Origin: an uncultured Chloroflexia bacterium
Lineage (GTDB): Bacteria > Chloroflexota > Limnocylindria > Limnocylindrales > CSP1-4
NCBI GenBank assembly: GCA_963768655.1
Contig: CAVYIM010000004.1
Location: 384,001 to 448,000 of the forward strand
DNA: 64,000 bases
Direction of reading: 5' to 3'
The stretch's first letter is position 1. Each line of letters starts with the position of its first letter. Of this stretch, positions 1 through 10,298 are shown piece after piece. A model generated the notes under the pieces. The model was not told the origin of the DNA. It was given only the letters and a program-made list of their open reading frames with translations, and did no database searches. The position numbers and the translations under genes were made by a program.

Positions 1-1073
1 ATGAGCTGCCACATGGCGATCGTCGGATCGTTCTTGTAGCGAGAGACCACTTCCTGAACCCACTCGCGGTACGGGACGGTGTTCTGGGGCAGGATCTGCG
101 TCTTGTATCCGCCGGTGTACCAGCTGTCCCACTTGTACTCGCTGGTCGGGCTCTCGCACGAACCCCATTGGTTGGCCAGCGTCACGATCACCTTGACGCC
201 GTGAGCCCTGGCAACGGCCAGGGTGTGGTCGAAGGCGCTCCAGTCGCGCTGCCCGTTGGTCGTGGCCAGGCGCTGGAAGAACCAAGCCCGGATGACCTCA
301 GTCCCCGAACCGATGTCCGTCAGGGCCGTGTCGAGCGCGCTGCCGGTGCCCATCGTGTACGAACAATTGGAGCGGCTGTTGGCCTGGTAGATGTTGAACC
401 CGGTGAACACGAAGGGCTTGCCACCCAGGGTCAACTGTGTGCCCGATCGGCCGACGAAGCCGGTGGGCAGAGGCGTCGGGGCGGGAGCGGCCGTGACGCT
501 GGGTGCCGCGGTGGTCGTCGGCGCCGGGCTGGCAGTCGGCTTGGCAGTCGGGCTGGCCGTCGGCTTGGCAGTCGGGCTGGCCGTCGGCTTGGCAGTCGGC
601 TTGGCGGTCGGGCTGGCTGCCGGCGTCGTTCCGCCTTCGGCGACCGTGAAGGTAGTCGTCAGGGTCGACGTCGTGGCCGATGTCTCGAAGCTGACGGTGA
701 TCGAGTGTGCGCCCTGGGCGACCTTGGTCGTATCCCACGGCTTCGCCTTGCCGGCGGAATCCGTGCCGGCGAAATCGATGGGCGCGGAGTTCTCGACGTG
801 CGTCGCCGTTCCACTCATGTCCGTGTCGTCTAGCCAGAAGCTGGCCTTCTTCACGCCGTCGCCCGGCGACAGGAAGATGTAGACGCTGCCGCCGATCCGG
901 GCGCCCGACAGGGCCACGGCCCCGCTTCGGTCCGACGATCCGGAAACCACAAGGGCGTAGCTGGTGCTCGTGGCTGCCTGGACGATGACCGGGATCAGCA
1001 GCGCTAGGACAAGGCCGACGAGAAGGAACAGGCGCAGCCGGCCGACATGCGGCGTTCGAGAGGTTGGAACCAT
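1..1073 (-). CDS. Secreted GH5 glycoside hydrolase (endo-beta-mannanase/cellulase-like) with N-terminal Ig-like domain and P/T/A/K linker; runs off the left edge
   Basis: Manual translation from ATG 1073 (GGAG upstream): signal peptide MVPTSRTPHVGRLRLFLLVGLVLALLIPVIVQA, linker PTAKPTAS, then GFVGRSGTQLTLGGKPFVFTGFNIY..VIRAWFFQ..FDHTLAVARAHGVKVIVTLANQW..VSRYKNDPTIAMWQL, typical of the GH5 N-terminal half. Absent from the ORF track because no stop lies in the window. Confidence 0.88.
   Translation of the reverse strand, partial: MVPTSRTPHVGRLRLFLLVGLVLALLIPVIVQAATSTSYALVVSGSSDRSGAVALSGARIGGSVYIFLSPGDGVKKASFWLDDTDMSGTATHVENSAPIDFAGTDSAGKAKPWDTTKVAQGAHSITVSFETSATTSTLTTTFTVAEGGTTPAASPTAKPTAKPTASPTAKPTASPTAKPTASPAPTTTAAPSVTAAPAPTPLPTGFVGRSGTQLTLGGKPFVFTGFNIYQANSRSNCSYTMGTGSALDTALTDIGSGTEVIRAWFFQRLATTNGQRDWSAFDHTLAVARAHGVKVIVTLANQWGSCESPTSEYKWDSWYTGGYKTQILPQNTVPYREWVQEVVSRYKNDPTIAMWQL
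525..617 (-). repeat. 12-bp tandem repeat encoding the PTAK/PTAS linker
   Basis: Unit cgg(g/c)(c/t)tggcngt repeated about 8 times. Confidence 0.85.
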
Positions 1074-1542
1074 GTCGTATCTCCGAGAGGCCCGTGGACG
1101 GTACGGGCACGCTTGATCCGTTGGGGCGGCGTGGCGTGGGGGCGGTTTCAACCGTAGACGGCTGACGGGAGCCGCCGACATGGCCTAATGGGGCTTCCGA
1201 AAGGTCGCCCGAAGGTCATCGCCTTAAGGTGGCCCGTTGGGACCACAAGGCGAGTCGATGCTATCGCCCCGCACAACCCCGCGGAAGAGAGGGGACGGGC
1301 CCGCAAAGTCCGTCTGGTGCGCGGGCCAGTCCCGCCGTCTCACGGCTCGACCCGTCGATTGACGCGGCTCATCGACACGCCGGAGTCTTGCCGGGCGGGT
1401 TCTCGCTGCTGCCCCAGGAGACCCGATCGGCTCAGTCGTCCCATTGCCGCGTGGCTCACTCTCGATCGGGGTACCCCTTGCTCAAGACCGCCCTCTGGCC
1501 TCTCTGTACCGAAACCGCATTCGCCGCCGATGGGGGTCTGTC

Positions 1543-3357
1543 GTGAGCGCGGACGCGGTCATCCACGGGGAATCGGACGGCGCTGTCGTGGCACCGTCGC
1601 GCGCCGCGGTGCCCGGCCTCCGCCACCCCGAGTCAGGTGTGGTGGCAGTGGACGGGCAGGCGGGAAGCCTGATGGCGTGGCTTCGGCGCCGCGTTCGGTC
1701 GGGCCGCGTTGCCCTGGCTCTCAGCCGCCCCAGCGAGCGGCTGGTCGTCACGGGTCTGGCCTGGGTTGCGTACATGGCCATTGCCGTGGTCGTGGTTGTC
1801 GTGGACCACAGCATCATCGGCGACGCCTGGAGCCGGGTTGCCAATGCTTACTACGTTCTTTACAGCCGCGATCCCCATCTGGCCGCCATGGGGTTCGTTT
1901 GGAACCCGCTGCCGTCGATTGCGGTTCTGCCGCTGCTCCCTTTGAAGGCCATCTGGCCCGACATGGTGGCCACCGGATTCGCCGGGAGCATCGTGTCGGC
2001 TTTGTGCATGGCCGGCGCGGTCTGGGAGATCCACGGCATCGCGCTCGACTGGAACGTCCGGCGATCGGCAAGGCTGCTGACGACTGTGCTTTTCGCCTTC
2101 AACCCGATGATCCTGTACTACGGCGCCAACGGCATGAGCGAGGCGATGTTCATCGTCACCCTCGTGCTGAGCGTGCGCTATCTCGCTCGCTGGGCGAAGG
2201 ACGGCCAGACCGTTTCGCTCGTGGTCGCGGCGCTCGCCCTGGCGGCCGGGTACATGGCCCGCTATGAAGCGGCCGTGGCCGCCATAGGCGCCTTCGAGGT
2301 GGTCGTCATCGTGTCGGCGCTGCGCAGGAGCGGCGATGCCCGCGACAGGATCGGCGAAGGCCTCGCCGACGCGGCGGTCCTGGCGGCTCCGTTCGCGACC
2401 GTCTTCATTGCGTGGGCGCTGGCCAGCTGGCTGATCGTGGGCGATCCGTTCCAGCAGTTCACGTCCGTGTACGGAGTCGTGTCGCAGCTGGCCGTCGCGC
2501 AATCGAGCGTTGCCCAGCAGACCGGCCAGGGGACGGCTTCGGCCTACACGTGGGTCTTGCGCCAGATCGTCGGGCTCGAGCCGGGCATCCTCATCCTCGG
2601 TCTGCTCGGTCTGATGGTCACGTTCCGCGGGAGGTGGGGATTGACGATGCCGGCGGTGGCGATTCTGGGCGGGGTAGTCGCCTTCGCGGTGTTCGGGTTC
2701 CTCACCGGACGAACGCTCGGCTGGCTGCGCTACTCGATCACCGTTATCCCACTGGCATCGATCCTTGCCCTGGCGATCCTGGCGCCCAATCCGGAGCGCG
2801 TGATGGAGTCTCGGCGCCGGGTCTGGCGCTATCGCGCCATCACCAGCCGGGCCATGGGGTTAGTGGCCGTCGCCGTGGTGGCCCTGGCAGTCCCGATAGG
2901 GGCCATGACGATGCTCGATCCGAGCCAGAACCCGGCCTACGGCGGGGAGGCTTTCCAGCTCCGGCCGATTCTCTTCCCGAACGGACCGCTCGCCACGATC
3001 AATCCATTCGGCCAGTACGACGTCGGTCGCCTGGCGGCCACCTACCTCGACGGCCTGCGCCTGGGCAACGGCAGCGTCCTCGTGGATGGCGCCATGGGTT
3101 TCCCCATCATCCTGGAATCCGACAACCCCACCCAGTTCATCACGACGTCGGATCGCGACTTCCAGGAGGCTCTCCTGGATCCGCCCACCTTCGGAGTGAA
3201 GTACCTGCTCGTGCCCGAAGACGTCGGCTACCAGAGCCTCGACGCGATCAACCGGGCCTACCCGGGAATCTACGAGACGGGCGCCGGAATCGCCCAGCTC
3301 GTCCAGGAGTTTTCCGCCGGCGGCAACAACTGGCGGTTGTACCAGGTAACACAGTGA
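1543..3357 (+). CDS. Polytopic membrane glycosyltransferase, GT-C fold (GT39/PMT-like)
   Basis: Many hydrophobic helices; GDAWSRVANAYYVLYSRDPHLAAMGFVWNPLP loop, NPMILYYGANGMSE, ARYEA motifs; extracytoplasmic C-terminal domain. GTG 1543 chosen as start; ATG 1672 is an alternative. Confidence 0.75.
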   Translation: MSADAVIHGESDGAVVAPSRAAVPGLRHPESGVVAVDGQAGSLMAWLRRRVRSGRVALALSRPSERLVVTGLAWVAYMAIAVVVVVVDHSIIGDAWSRVANAYYVLYSRDPHLAAMGFVWNPLPSIAVLPLLPLKAIWPDMVATGFAGSIVSALCMAGAVWEIHGIALDWNVRRSARLLTTVLFAFNPMILYYGANGMSEAMFIVTLVLSVRYLARWAKDGQTVSLVVAALALAAGYMARYEAAVAAIGAFEVVVIVSALRRSGDARDRIGEGLADAAVLAAPFATVFIAWALASWLIVGDPFQQFTSVYGVVSQLAVAQSSVAQQTGQGTASAYTWVLRQIVGLEPGILILGLLGLMVTFRGRWGLTMPAVAILGGVVAFAVFGFLTGRTLGWLRYSITVIPLASILALAILAPNPERVMESRRRVWRYRAITSRAMGLVAVAVVALAVPIGAMTMLDPSQNPAYGGEAFQLRPILFPNGPLATINPFGQYDVGRLAATYLDGLRLGNGSVLVDGAMGFPIILESDNPTQFITTSDRDFQEALLDPPTFGVKYLLVPEDVGYQSLDAINRAYPGIYETGAGIAQLVQEFSAGGNNWRLYQVTQ

Positions 3358-3442
3358 TCTGGTCGCACGCCTTTCCGGGCGGTCGAGCCAGTGAGTCGAG
3401 CTTGCCGCTGGTTGGCGGTCCCGTGCGCTGGAGGAGTATTCC

Positions 3443-6400
3443 GTGAAGCGATCCCGCGCGGCCAGGTTGGCCGCACTCGCAATCCTGGCCTTTGGCCTGG
3501 CGATGCCGGGCTCCGTGCTCCGACCCGCGCCCGTCGCGGCGACCGGCACCGCGACGGACTGGCCGATGTACCTGCACGACAGCAGCCTATCGGCGGCCAG
3601 CACGGAGACGATCCTCACATCCGCCGCGATTCCGAACCTGCGACCGCTCTGGACGTACAGGACGGGCGGAGTCATCGCCGCATCTGCGACGGTAGTGGGC
3701 GGCGTGGCCTACGTCGGGTCGTGGGACGGGTACGAATACGCGCTCAATGCCACGACCGGCGCCCTCATCTGGAAGACCTACCTCGGGATCACGACCGCGC
3801 CGGCGTGTTCGCCGCCGCAGCTGGGGATCTCGTCGGTCCCGGCCGTCGTCAACGGCGTGGTCTACGTCGGCGGCGGCGACTCGAACTGGTACGCCCTCGA
3901 CGCGTCGACCGGCGCGGTCCTCTGGAGCGTCCCGACCGGAGACAACAGCGCCACGGGCGGCCACTACAACTGGTCCAGCCCTCTCATCGTCGGCAACTAC
4001 GCCTACGTCGGCATCGCCAGCCTGGGCGACTGTCCTCTGGTTCAGGGGCAGCTGTTGAAGGTCGACCTCAACGCCCACGCCATAGTCGCCACGGCCAACT
4101 TCGTCCCGACCGGGCAGGTGGGCGGCGGAGTCTGGACGTCGCCTTCGATCGACCTCTCGACGAACACGATCTACGTCACGACCGGGACCCTGAACAACAT
4201 CGTCCAGACGACGTCCGAGGCCATGGTCTCGCTCGATGCCACGACGCTCGCCATCAAGAGCTACTGGCAGATCCCGCGCAGCGCCGCCAACGCCGATTCG
4301 GACTGGGGCGATTCGCCGATCCTCTTCACCGACGGCAACGGCCGGGCCATGGTCGCCGGGATCAACAAGAACGGGTTCCTCTACGCCTTTGACCGCTCGA
4401 ACCTCGCGCTGGGTCCGATCTGGTCTGAGCAGATCGCCGTGGGAGGAATATGCCCCACGTGCGGTGATGCGAGCGTGTCATCGATGGCCTTCGCCCAGGG
4501 CCTCCTATATGTCGGCGGCGGCAACACCACCATCAACGGTGTGGGCTACCAGGGGGCGATCAGGGCCATCGATCCCACAACCGGCGCCGTCGTCTGGGCG
4601 CGCGGCCTGGCCAGTCCCGTGATCCCCGCGCTTGCCTACGACAACGGCATGGTCTTCGCGGGCGTCGGACCGCGTCTGGAGGTTCTCGACGCCTCGAGCG
4701 GCGCCCGCCTCTTCAGCTACGCCACCGGTGGCGTGATCTACTCTCCGCCATCGATCTCCGGCGGGACCGTGTTCATCGGCTCGGGCGATGGCAACGAGTA
4801 CGCCTTCGCCCCGACGACGCCGACCGTGCCGCCCGCGGATGCCAGCTGCCCGACCGGCCTGCGCTGCCAGGACATCGGCACGCCGGCGCCGGCGGGCAGC
4901 GAAACGGTCACCTCCGGCTCCTGGGCCATCTCCGCCGGCGGCGCCGGCGTGGGTGCGGCCTCCGACCAGCTCCGGCTGATGAGCCAGTCCTGGACCGGCG
5001 ACTTCCAGGCTCAGGTCCGCGTCGCCGCCCAGGCCGTCGTCGGGACGGGGACCGAGTCGGGTCTCATGGCCCGCCAGGCCAACGATCCGAACTCGCCGTT
5101 CTATGCCGCCAGCGTGGCCGGGGGAAACTCAGTCGCCGTCCAGTACCGGACGTCATTCGGCGGGGCGACCAAGACCGTCAAGCTGGCCTCGACGACACTG
5201 CCTCTGTACCTCGAGATCCTTCGCAGCGGCGACGGCTTCAGCGCGGCCAGCTCGCCGGACGGGGTCACATATACGCTCATTCCGGGCAGCTCCGTGACCG
5301 ACGTCATGCCGGACCAGCTCATGGTCGGGCTGTTTGCGACATCCGGGACGAATGGCACAGCCGGCGCCTCCACGCTCGACTCGGTCGTGGTCGGCGCTCC
5401 GGGCACCCCGCCGTCACCTCCCGCTCCGCCCTCGCCATGCCCGTCGGGATGGTCCTGCGGCGACGTCGGCAATCCGGGGACGGTCGGTAGCCAATCGCTC
5501 AGCGCCGGCACCTGGACCATCAGCGGCGCGGGCACGGCCAGCGGCAACAACAGTTACGCCGACCAGTTCCATCTCGTCTGGCAGGCCATCAGCGGCGACG
5601 CGACGCTCTCGGCTCGAGTGGCCACGCAGGCGAACACCTCGGCGAGCGCACAGGCTGGCCTGGTCTTCCGGGCCGACGCATCCACCCCCGGCGCGCTTTC
5701 GTACGGGGCCTTCGTGACGCCGACGAACGGCATCGAGGTGGTCTATCGGAGCTCGACCGGGCTGCGCACCGTCCTGGCCGCTACTGCGTCCGGCGCCGCG
5801 CCGGCGTACCTGCAAGTGACCCGCTACCAGAACATCTTCACCGCGTTCACCTCCCCGGACGGGGTCAACTGGACCGCGGTGGTCGGATCCTCTGTGACCC
5901 TGGGAGCGGGCGGCCCGATGGTGGCCGGCCTTGCGGTCGACTCGAACCTGGCCACGCTCGCCACGGACACCTTCGACACCGTCTCCCTGGCCGGCTCGGC
6001 GTCGCCGCCTCCCAGCCTTTGCCCGTCCGGCTGGACGTGCCAGGACATCGGCTTCCCCACGCCTGCGGCGGGCTCGCAGTCCGTCGTGGGATCGAACCTG
6101 ACCGTCCAGGCCGGCGGTAGCGACATCTGGGGCAGCTACGACAGCTTCCGGCTGCTCAGCCAGCCGCTGGCCGGCGACGGGACCATCAGCGTTCGAGTCG
6201 ATTCGCAGACGAACACCTCGACCTGGGCCAAGGCCGGCGTGATGGTCCGGGCGACCAACGATCCTGCCTCGCCCTACTTCGCCACCTTCATCACGCCCGG
6301 CAACGGCGTCGCGATCCAGTGGCGTACGACGCAGGGCGGGAGCACTTCGCAGGTTCTTGTCGCCGGCACCGTGCCGGCCTGGCTCGAAGTGGCCCGTTCC

Positions 6401-8573
6401 GGCGGCACGTTCACCGCCTACACCTCCGCCGACGGCGTCACCTGGACCGCGGTGCCCGGGGCGAGCGTCGGTCTGACCATGACCGGGACCCTGCTGGCCG
6501 GCCTGGCAGTGACCTCGCACAACGGCAGCGCTATGGGCACGGTCACCTTCGACACGACAACCCTGACCAACGCGTCACCGCCGCCTCCGGGAGCGTGCCC
6601 GACGAGCTGGACGTGCGCCGACATCGGCAACGTCGGCATCGCCGGTGCCCAATCGCTGACCTCCGGGACCTGGACCGTCCAGGGTGGGGGAGGCGACATC
6701 TGGGACGTCGCCGATAACTTCCACTACGTCTGGCAATCGCTCGCCACTGACGGTGGCGTGAGCGCGCGGGTCATCTCGCAGACGAATACCGCCGCGTGGG
6801 CGAAGGCCGGAGTGATGCTCCGCGCCACGACCGATCCCGGCTCACCGTACTACGCCGCCTTCGCGACTCCGGGGAACGGCGTCGCGGTGCAGTGGCGGAC
6901 CGCGCAGGCCGGACCAAGCTCGCAGGTTCTTGCGGCCGGAACCCCTCCGGTCTATCTCAAGGTAGCCCGCGCCGGTGGCTCGTACTCCGCGTACACGTCT
7001 CCTGACGGCGCGACCTGGACCCTCGTCCCGGGATCCACGGTCAACCTCGGACTGACGGGGACGGTCCTGACCGGTCTGGCAGTCACTTCCCACAACTGGG
7101 GCGTGCTGAGCGCGGCGACCTTCGACACCGTGACGTTCGCGCAGCTCGCCGCCGCCGTGGCTCGACGGCGACATCGGCGCCCCGGCCCTGGCAGGCCTGG
7201 CAAGCTCGACCAGCGGAGTCTTCACCGTCAGCGCCGGCGGGACGGATATCTACGGAACGGCCGACCAGCTCCACTTCGTCTACCAGCCGGCCACGGGCGA
7301 CACCACTCTCGGCGCCCGCGTGGCCAGCCAGTCCGGCACGAGTTCATGGGCGCGGGCCGGAGTCATGCTCCGAGCCACAACCAGCGCCGGTTCGCCTTAC
7401 TACGCCGCGTTCGCGACGCCGGGCAACGGCGTGGCGGTGCAGTGGCGCAAGACCCAGGGCGCGTCGACGTCGCAGCTGAAGATCGCCGGAACCGTGCCGA
7501 TCTACCTGGAAGTGGCCCGGTCCGGTAGCACCTTCACCGCGTACACGTCGCCCGACGGGTCGACCTGGACCGCCATCCCGGGATCGAGCGTGACGTTTGC
7601 GACCCCGGCGGCCATCCTGGCGGGCCTGGCGGTCAATTCGCACAATGCCTCCAAGCTCGGCACGGATACCTTCGATTCGGTGTCCCTCGCCGCCTCGGCG
7701 CCGCCACCGCCCAACGACTTCTCGATCGCGGCAACGCCGGCGACCGTTACGGTCGTGGCCGGTAACGCGGGCACCAGCTCCATCGGGACGGCGGTGGTGT
7801 CGGGCGCCGCCGAGTCAATCGCCCTGACGGCGACGGGTCTGCCGGCGGGCGTGACAGCGGGATTCAGCCCGACGTCTGTCTCCACCGGCACCGCCTCAAC
7901 CCTCACTCTGACCGTCGGCGCCACGGCGACGCCCGGGACGTACCCGATCAAGGTCACGGGCACCGCCCCGTCGGCGACCCATTCGACGACCGTGACCCTT
8001 ACCGTGACAGCTCCGCCGCCGCCGGTGCCCAGCCCCTGGGTCGACACGGACGTCGGCGCTCCGCCGGTCGCCGGGTCGGCGTCCTACGCCAGTGGCGTCT
8101 TCACCGTGAACGGCTCGGGTGCCGACATCTTCGGCACGAACGACCAGTTCAACTACGTCTACCAGCCCACGACCGGCAACGGCACGATCATCGCCCGCGT
8201 GACCTCCGTGTCGAACACGAGCTCCAACGCGAAGGCAGGGATCATCTGGAAGGCGTCCACGACTGCCGGATCGCCATACATCCTGATCGCGGCCGCGCCG
8301 TCCGGACTCGTGAAGGTGCAGTACAACTTCACGGGCTCGGTCACTGCCACGACCTACACGTATCCCAACGTCTGGATGAAGCTGGTCCGCTCCGGCAGCT
8401 CGTTCAGCGCATACCTCTCGCCCGACGGCGTCACCTGGACGTCGGTCCTCGCGAACAAGTCCCTGACCACCATCCCGACCGCGGCGACTGTCGGCCTCTT
8501 CGAGTGCTCGCACAGCACGACCAAGCTCGGAACCGCGACCTTTGACAACGTCAGCTTCACTCCGGGGCCATGA
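3443..8573 (+). CDS. Giant secreted protein (~1700 aa): PQQ/BamB-like beta-propeller + 5 ConA-like (DUF1349/beta-xylosidase C-terminal-like) modules + Ig-like + terminal ConA-like module; apparent +1 frameshift near 7141
   Basis: GGAGGAG RBS, signal peptide, DWPMY..YVGSWDGYEYALNATTGALIW propeller repeats, repeated W..DIG..G.DIW...D.FH..KAGVM.R..YTSPDGVTW modules. ORFs 3443-7528 and 7320-8573 join if one base is removed at ~7141 (TFA/SSPPPWLDGDIGAP). Confidence 0.82.
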
Positions 8574-8583
8574 GCGTCGCTCG

Positions 8584-9816
8584 GTGACCCATTGGGCTCG
8601 CCGGGCCATGGTGGCGCTCGTTCTGGCCGCGGTTTCGGGTTGCGCCGGATCCGCGGCCGGGGCCACTCCGTCCGGCGGCGCGGGGGGATTGGCCGGGCCG
8701 GCCACTCCAAGCCCCACGGCTTCCACCCCAACGGTCCTGCCCAGCCTGAGCCCCACGCCGGCGCCCACCCCGATGTCCGCGGCGGCCGCGGCCGCGCCGT
8801 GCCTGGCAGGCACGTCGTCCGGGCCGTTCCTTGGCACCGACGGAAAGAACATCACCTGTGCCGGCCAGCCGCTGATTCTGACCGGGTTCACGTTCTATCC
8901 GGCCGTTCTCGGCGGCGCGAAGGCCTGGCACGATCCGAGCTTCCCCGCGTACATCGACCACATCCTCGACATGGGCGCGGCAGCGGGCCAGAACCTGATT
9001 CGGGCGACGGACCAGTGGGACAGCACCACGCCGGGCCAGACGGCAGACGACCCGACCGTCTGGGCCAACATGGACTACCTGCTGACGGCGGCCCGCAAGA
9101 GAGGCGTCTTCGTCGTCATCGATCTATCGGCCTTCCGCTGGCTGCTCGAGAGCCAGGGCACGGACCCGTCGCGCGCCGATCTGTGGACCAGCTTCATCGA
9201 CATGGTGGCGGCCCGCTACCGCGACAACCCGGATGTGGCCTTCTATTCGATCTCGGGGGAACCTGCGCCACCGGCCACCCAGGCCCAGCTGCAGGCCCTG
9301 CTCACGTTCTACCGAACGACGAGCGACGCTCTTCGCAGCGCTGATCCCAACCACCTGATCACGGTCGGCGGTTTCAACCACATGGAAGACCATCCGGAGA
9401 TTGGCTGGTGGCAGTCCATCGACGCTCTGCCGGCCAACGACATCGTCGCCGTCAAGACGTACTCCCAGCACGATCTCGACCTCATGCCGGCGATCGCCGC
9501 CTACGGCCGCTCGGTCGGCAAGCCGGTGGTCGACGAGGAGTTCGGGATGCCACAGGGCTTCGGCGATGGAAGCTTCGCCGGTGGCGCGGCGTACAACGGT
9601 CTGTCGACCGGCCGGGCGCCTTTCTTCGAATCGGTCTACCGCTCCGGCCGGTCCCTCGGGTTTGCCGCGTACATCTTCTGGAACATGGGTTGTCAGATCG
9701 GCCGGACAAGCTACGAGGTGAGCCCGGCGACGCCGGCGACGTGGTCGGTCGTCATTCAGAACGGCGCTGTCGCGGCAGCCGGATCAAACGCTTCGGCTTC
9801 TTCTCTCTGCCCCTGA
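8584..9816 (+). CDS. GH5-family glycoside hydrolase lipoprotein
   Basis: Lipobox LAAVSGC, P/T/S linker, GFTFY..NLIR..MDYLLTAARKRGVFVVIDL..RYRDNPDVAFYSISGEP (acid/base) ..DPNHLITVG..KPVVDEEFG (nucleophile). Confidence 0.8.
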   Translation: MTHWARRAMVALVLAAVSGCAGSAAGATPSGGAGGLAGPATPSPTASTPTVLPSLSPTPAPTPMSAAAAAAPCLAGTSSGPFLGTDGKNITCAGQPLILTGFTFYPAVLGGAKAWHDPSFPAYIDHILDMGAAAGQNLIRATDQWDSTTPGQTADDPTVWANMDYLLTAARKRGVFVVIDLSAFRWLLESQGTDPSRADLWTSFIDMVAARYRDNPDVAFYSISGEPAPPATQAQLQALLTFYRTTSDALRSADPNHLITVGGFNHMEDHPEIGWWQSIDALPANDIVAVKTYSQHDLDLMPAIAAYGRSVGKPVVDEEFGMPQGFGDGSFAGGAAYNGLSTGRAPFFESVYRSGRSLGFAAYIFWNMGCQIGRTSYEVSPATPATWSVVIQNGAVAAAGSNASASSLCP

Positions 9817-10298
9817 TCACTCTGGGCCGCACAACGACTCTGGTTCGGTTGGCACGATTCCCGGAGTCACCGAACCGGTGGGCAGCTCTCTACCCGAAGG
9901 AGCTGCGTGCGGGGCTGACGCTCCAGTGCCGGCGTCTCGAGGCGCCTGTCTGGTGAGACGCCCGTCTCGCCCACCGGCAAAGGGCCTCGATTCGTTGACG
10001 GCTCGCCGAGCGCTCCGGAATACTCGGGAGGCCTGAAGCGGGCTGCTACTCAAGGGCAGTTGAGAGTAGTACCGCGTAGAGCAGTAACGACAGCCATTCG
10101 ACTCGCCGCTCCAGCCTACCCGTTCAGGACCCGTTCGACCTCACCCTGGGCAACCCGTGCCCGGACACATCCACAAGCCATGTCCAGGCTTCCACCGAAG
10201 CCCGGCGGGGGCATTCGCGGCGGCCACGCACACGAGTCGCCCGCCTTCTGCCAGGCCGGTGGAATTGACGCTCCAGCAATCTCGACCAAAGGGGTTCC

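Noticed and set aside
1257-1330. c-di-GMP-I riboswitch-like words (GCACAACC..GGGACG..GCAAAG)
   Set aside because: Spacing and the P2/P3 tetraloop-receptor architecture do not fit; needs cmscan to revisit.
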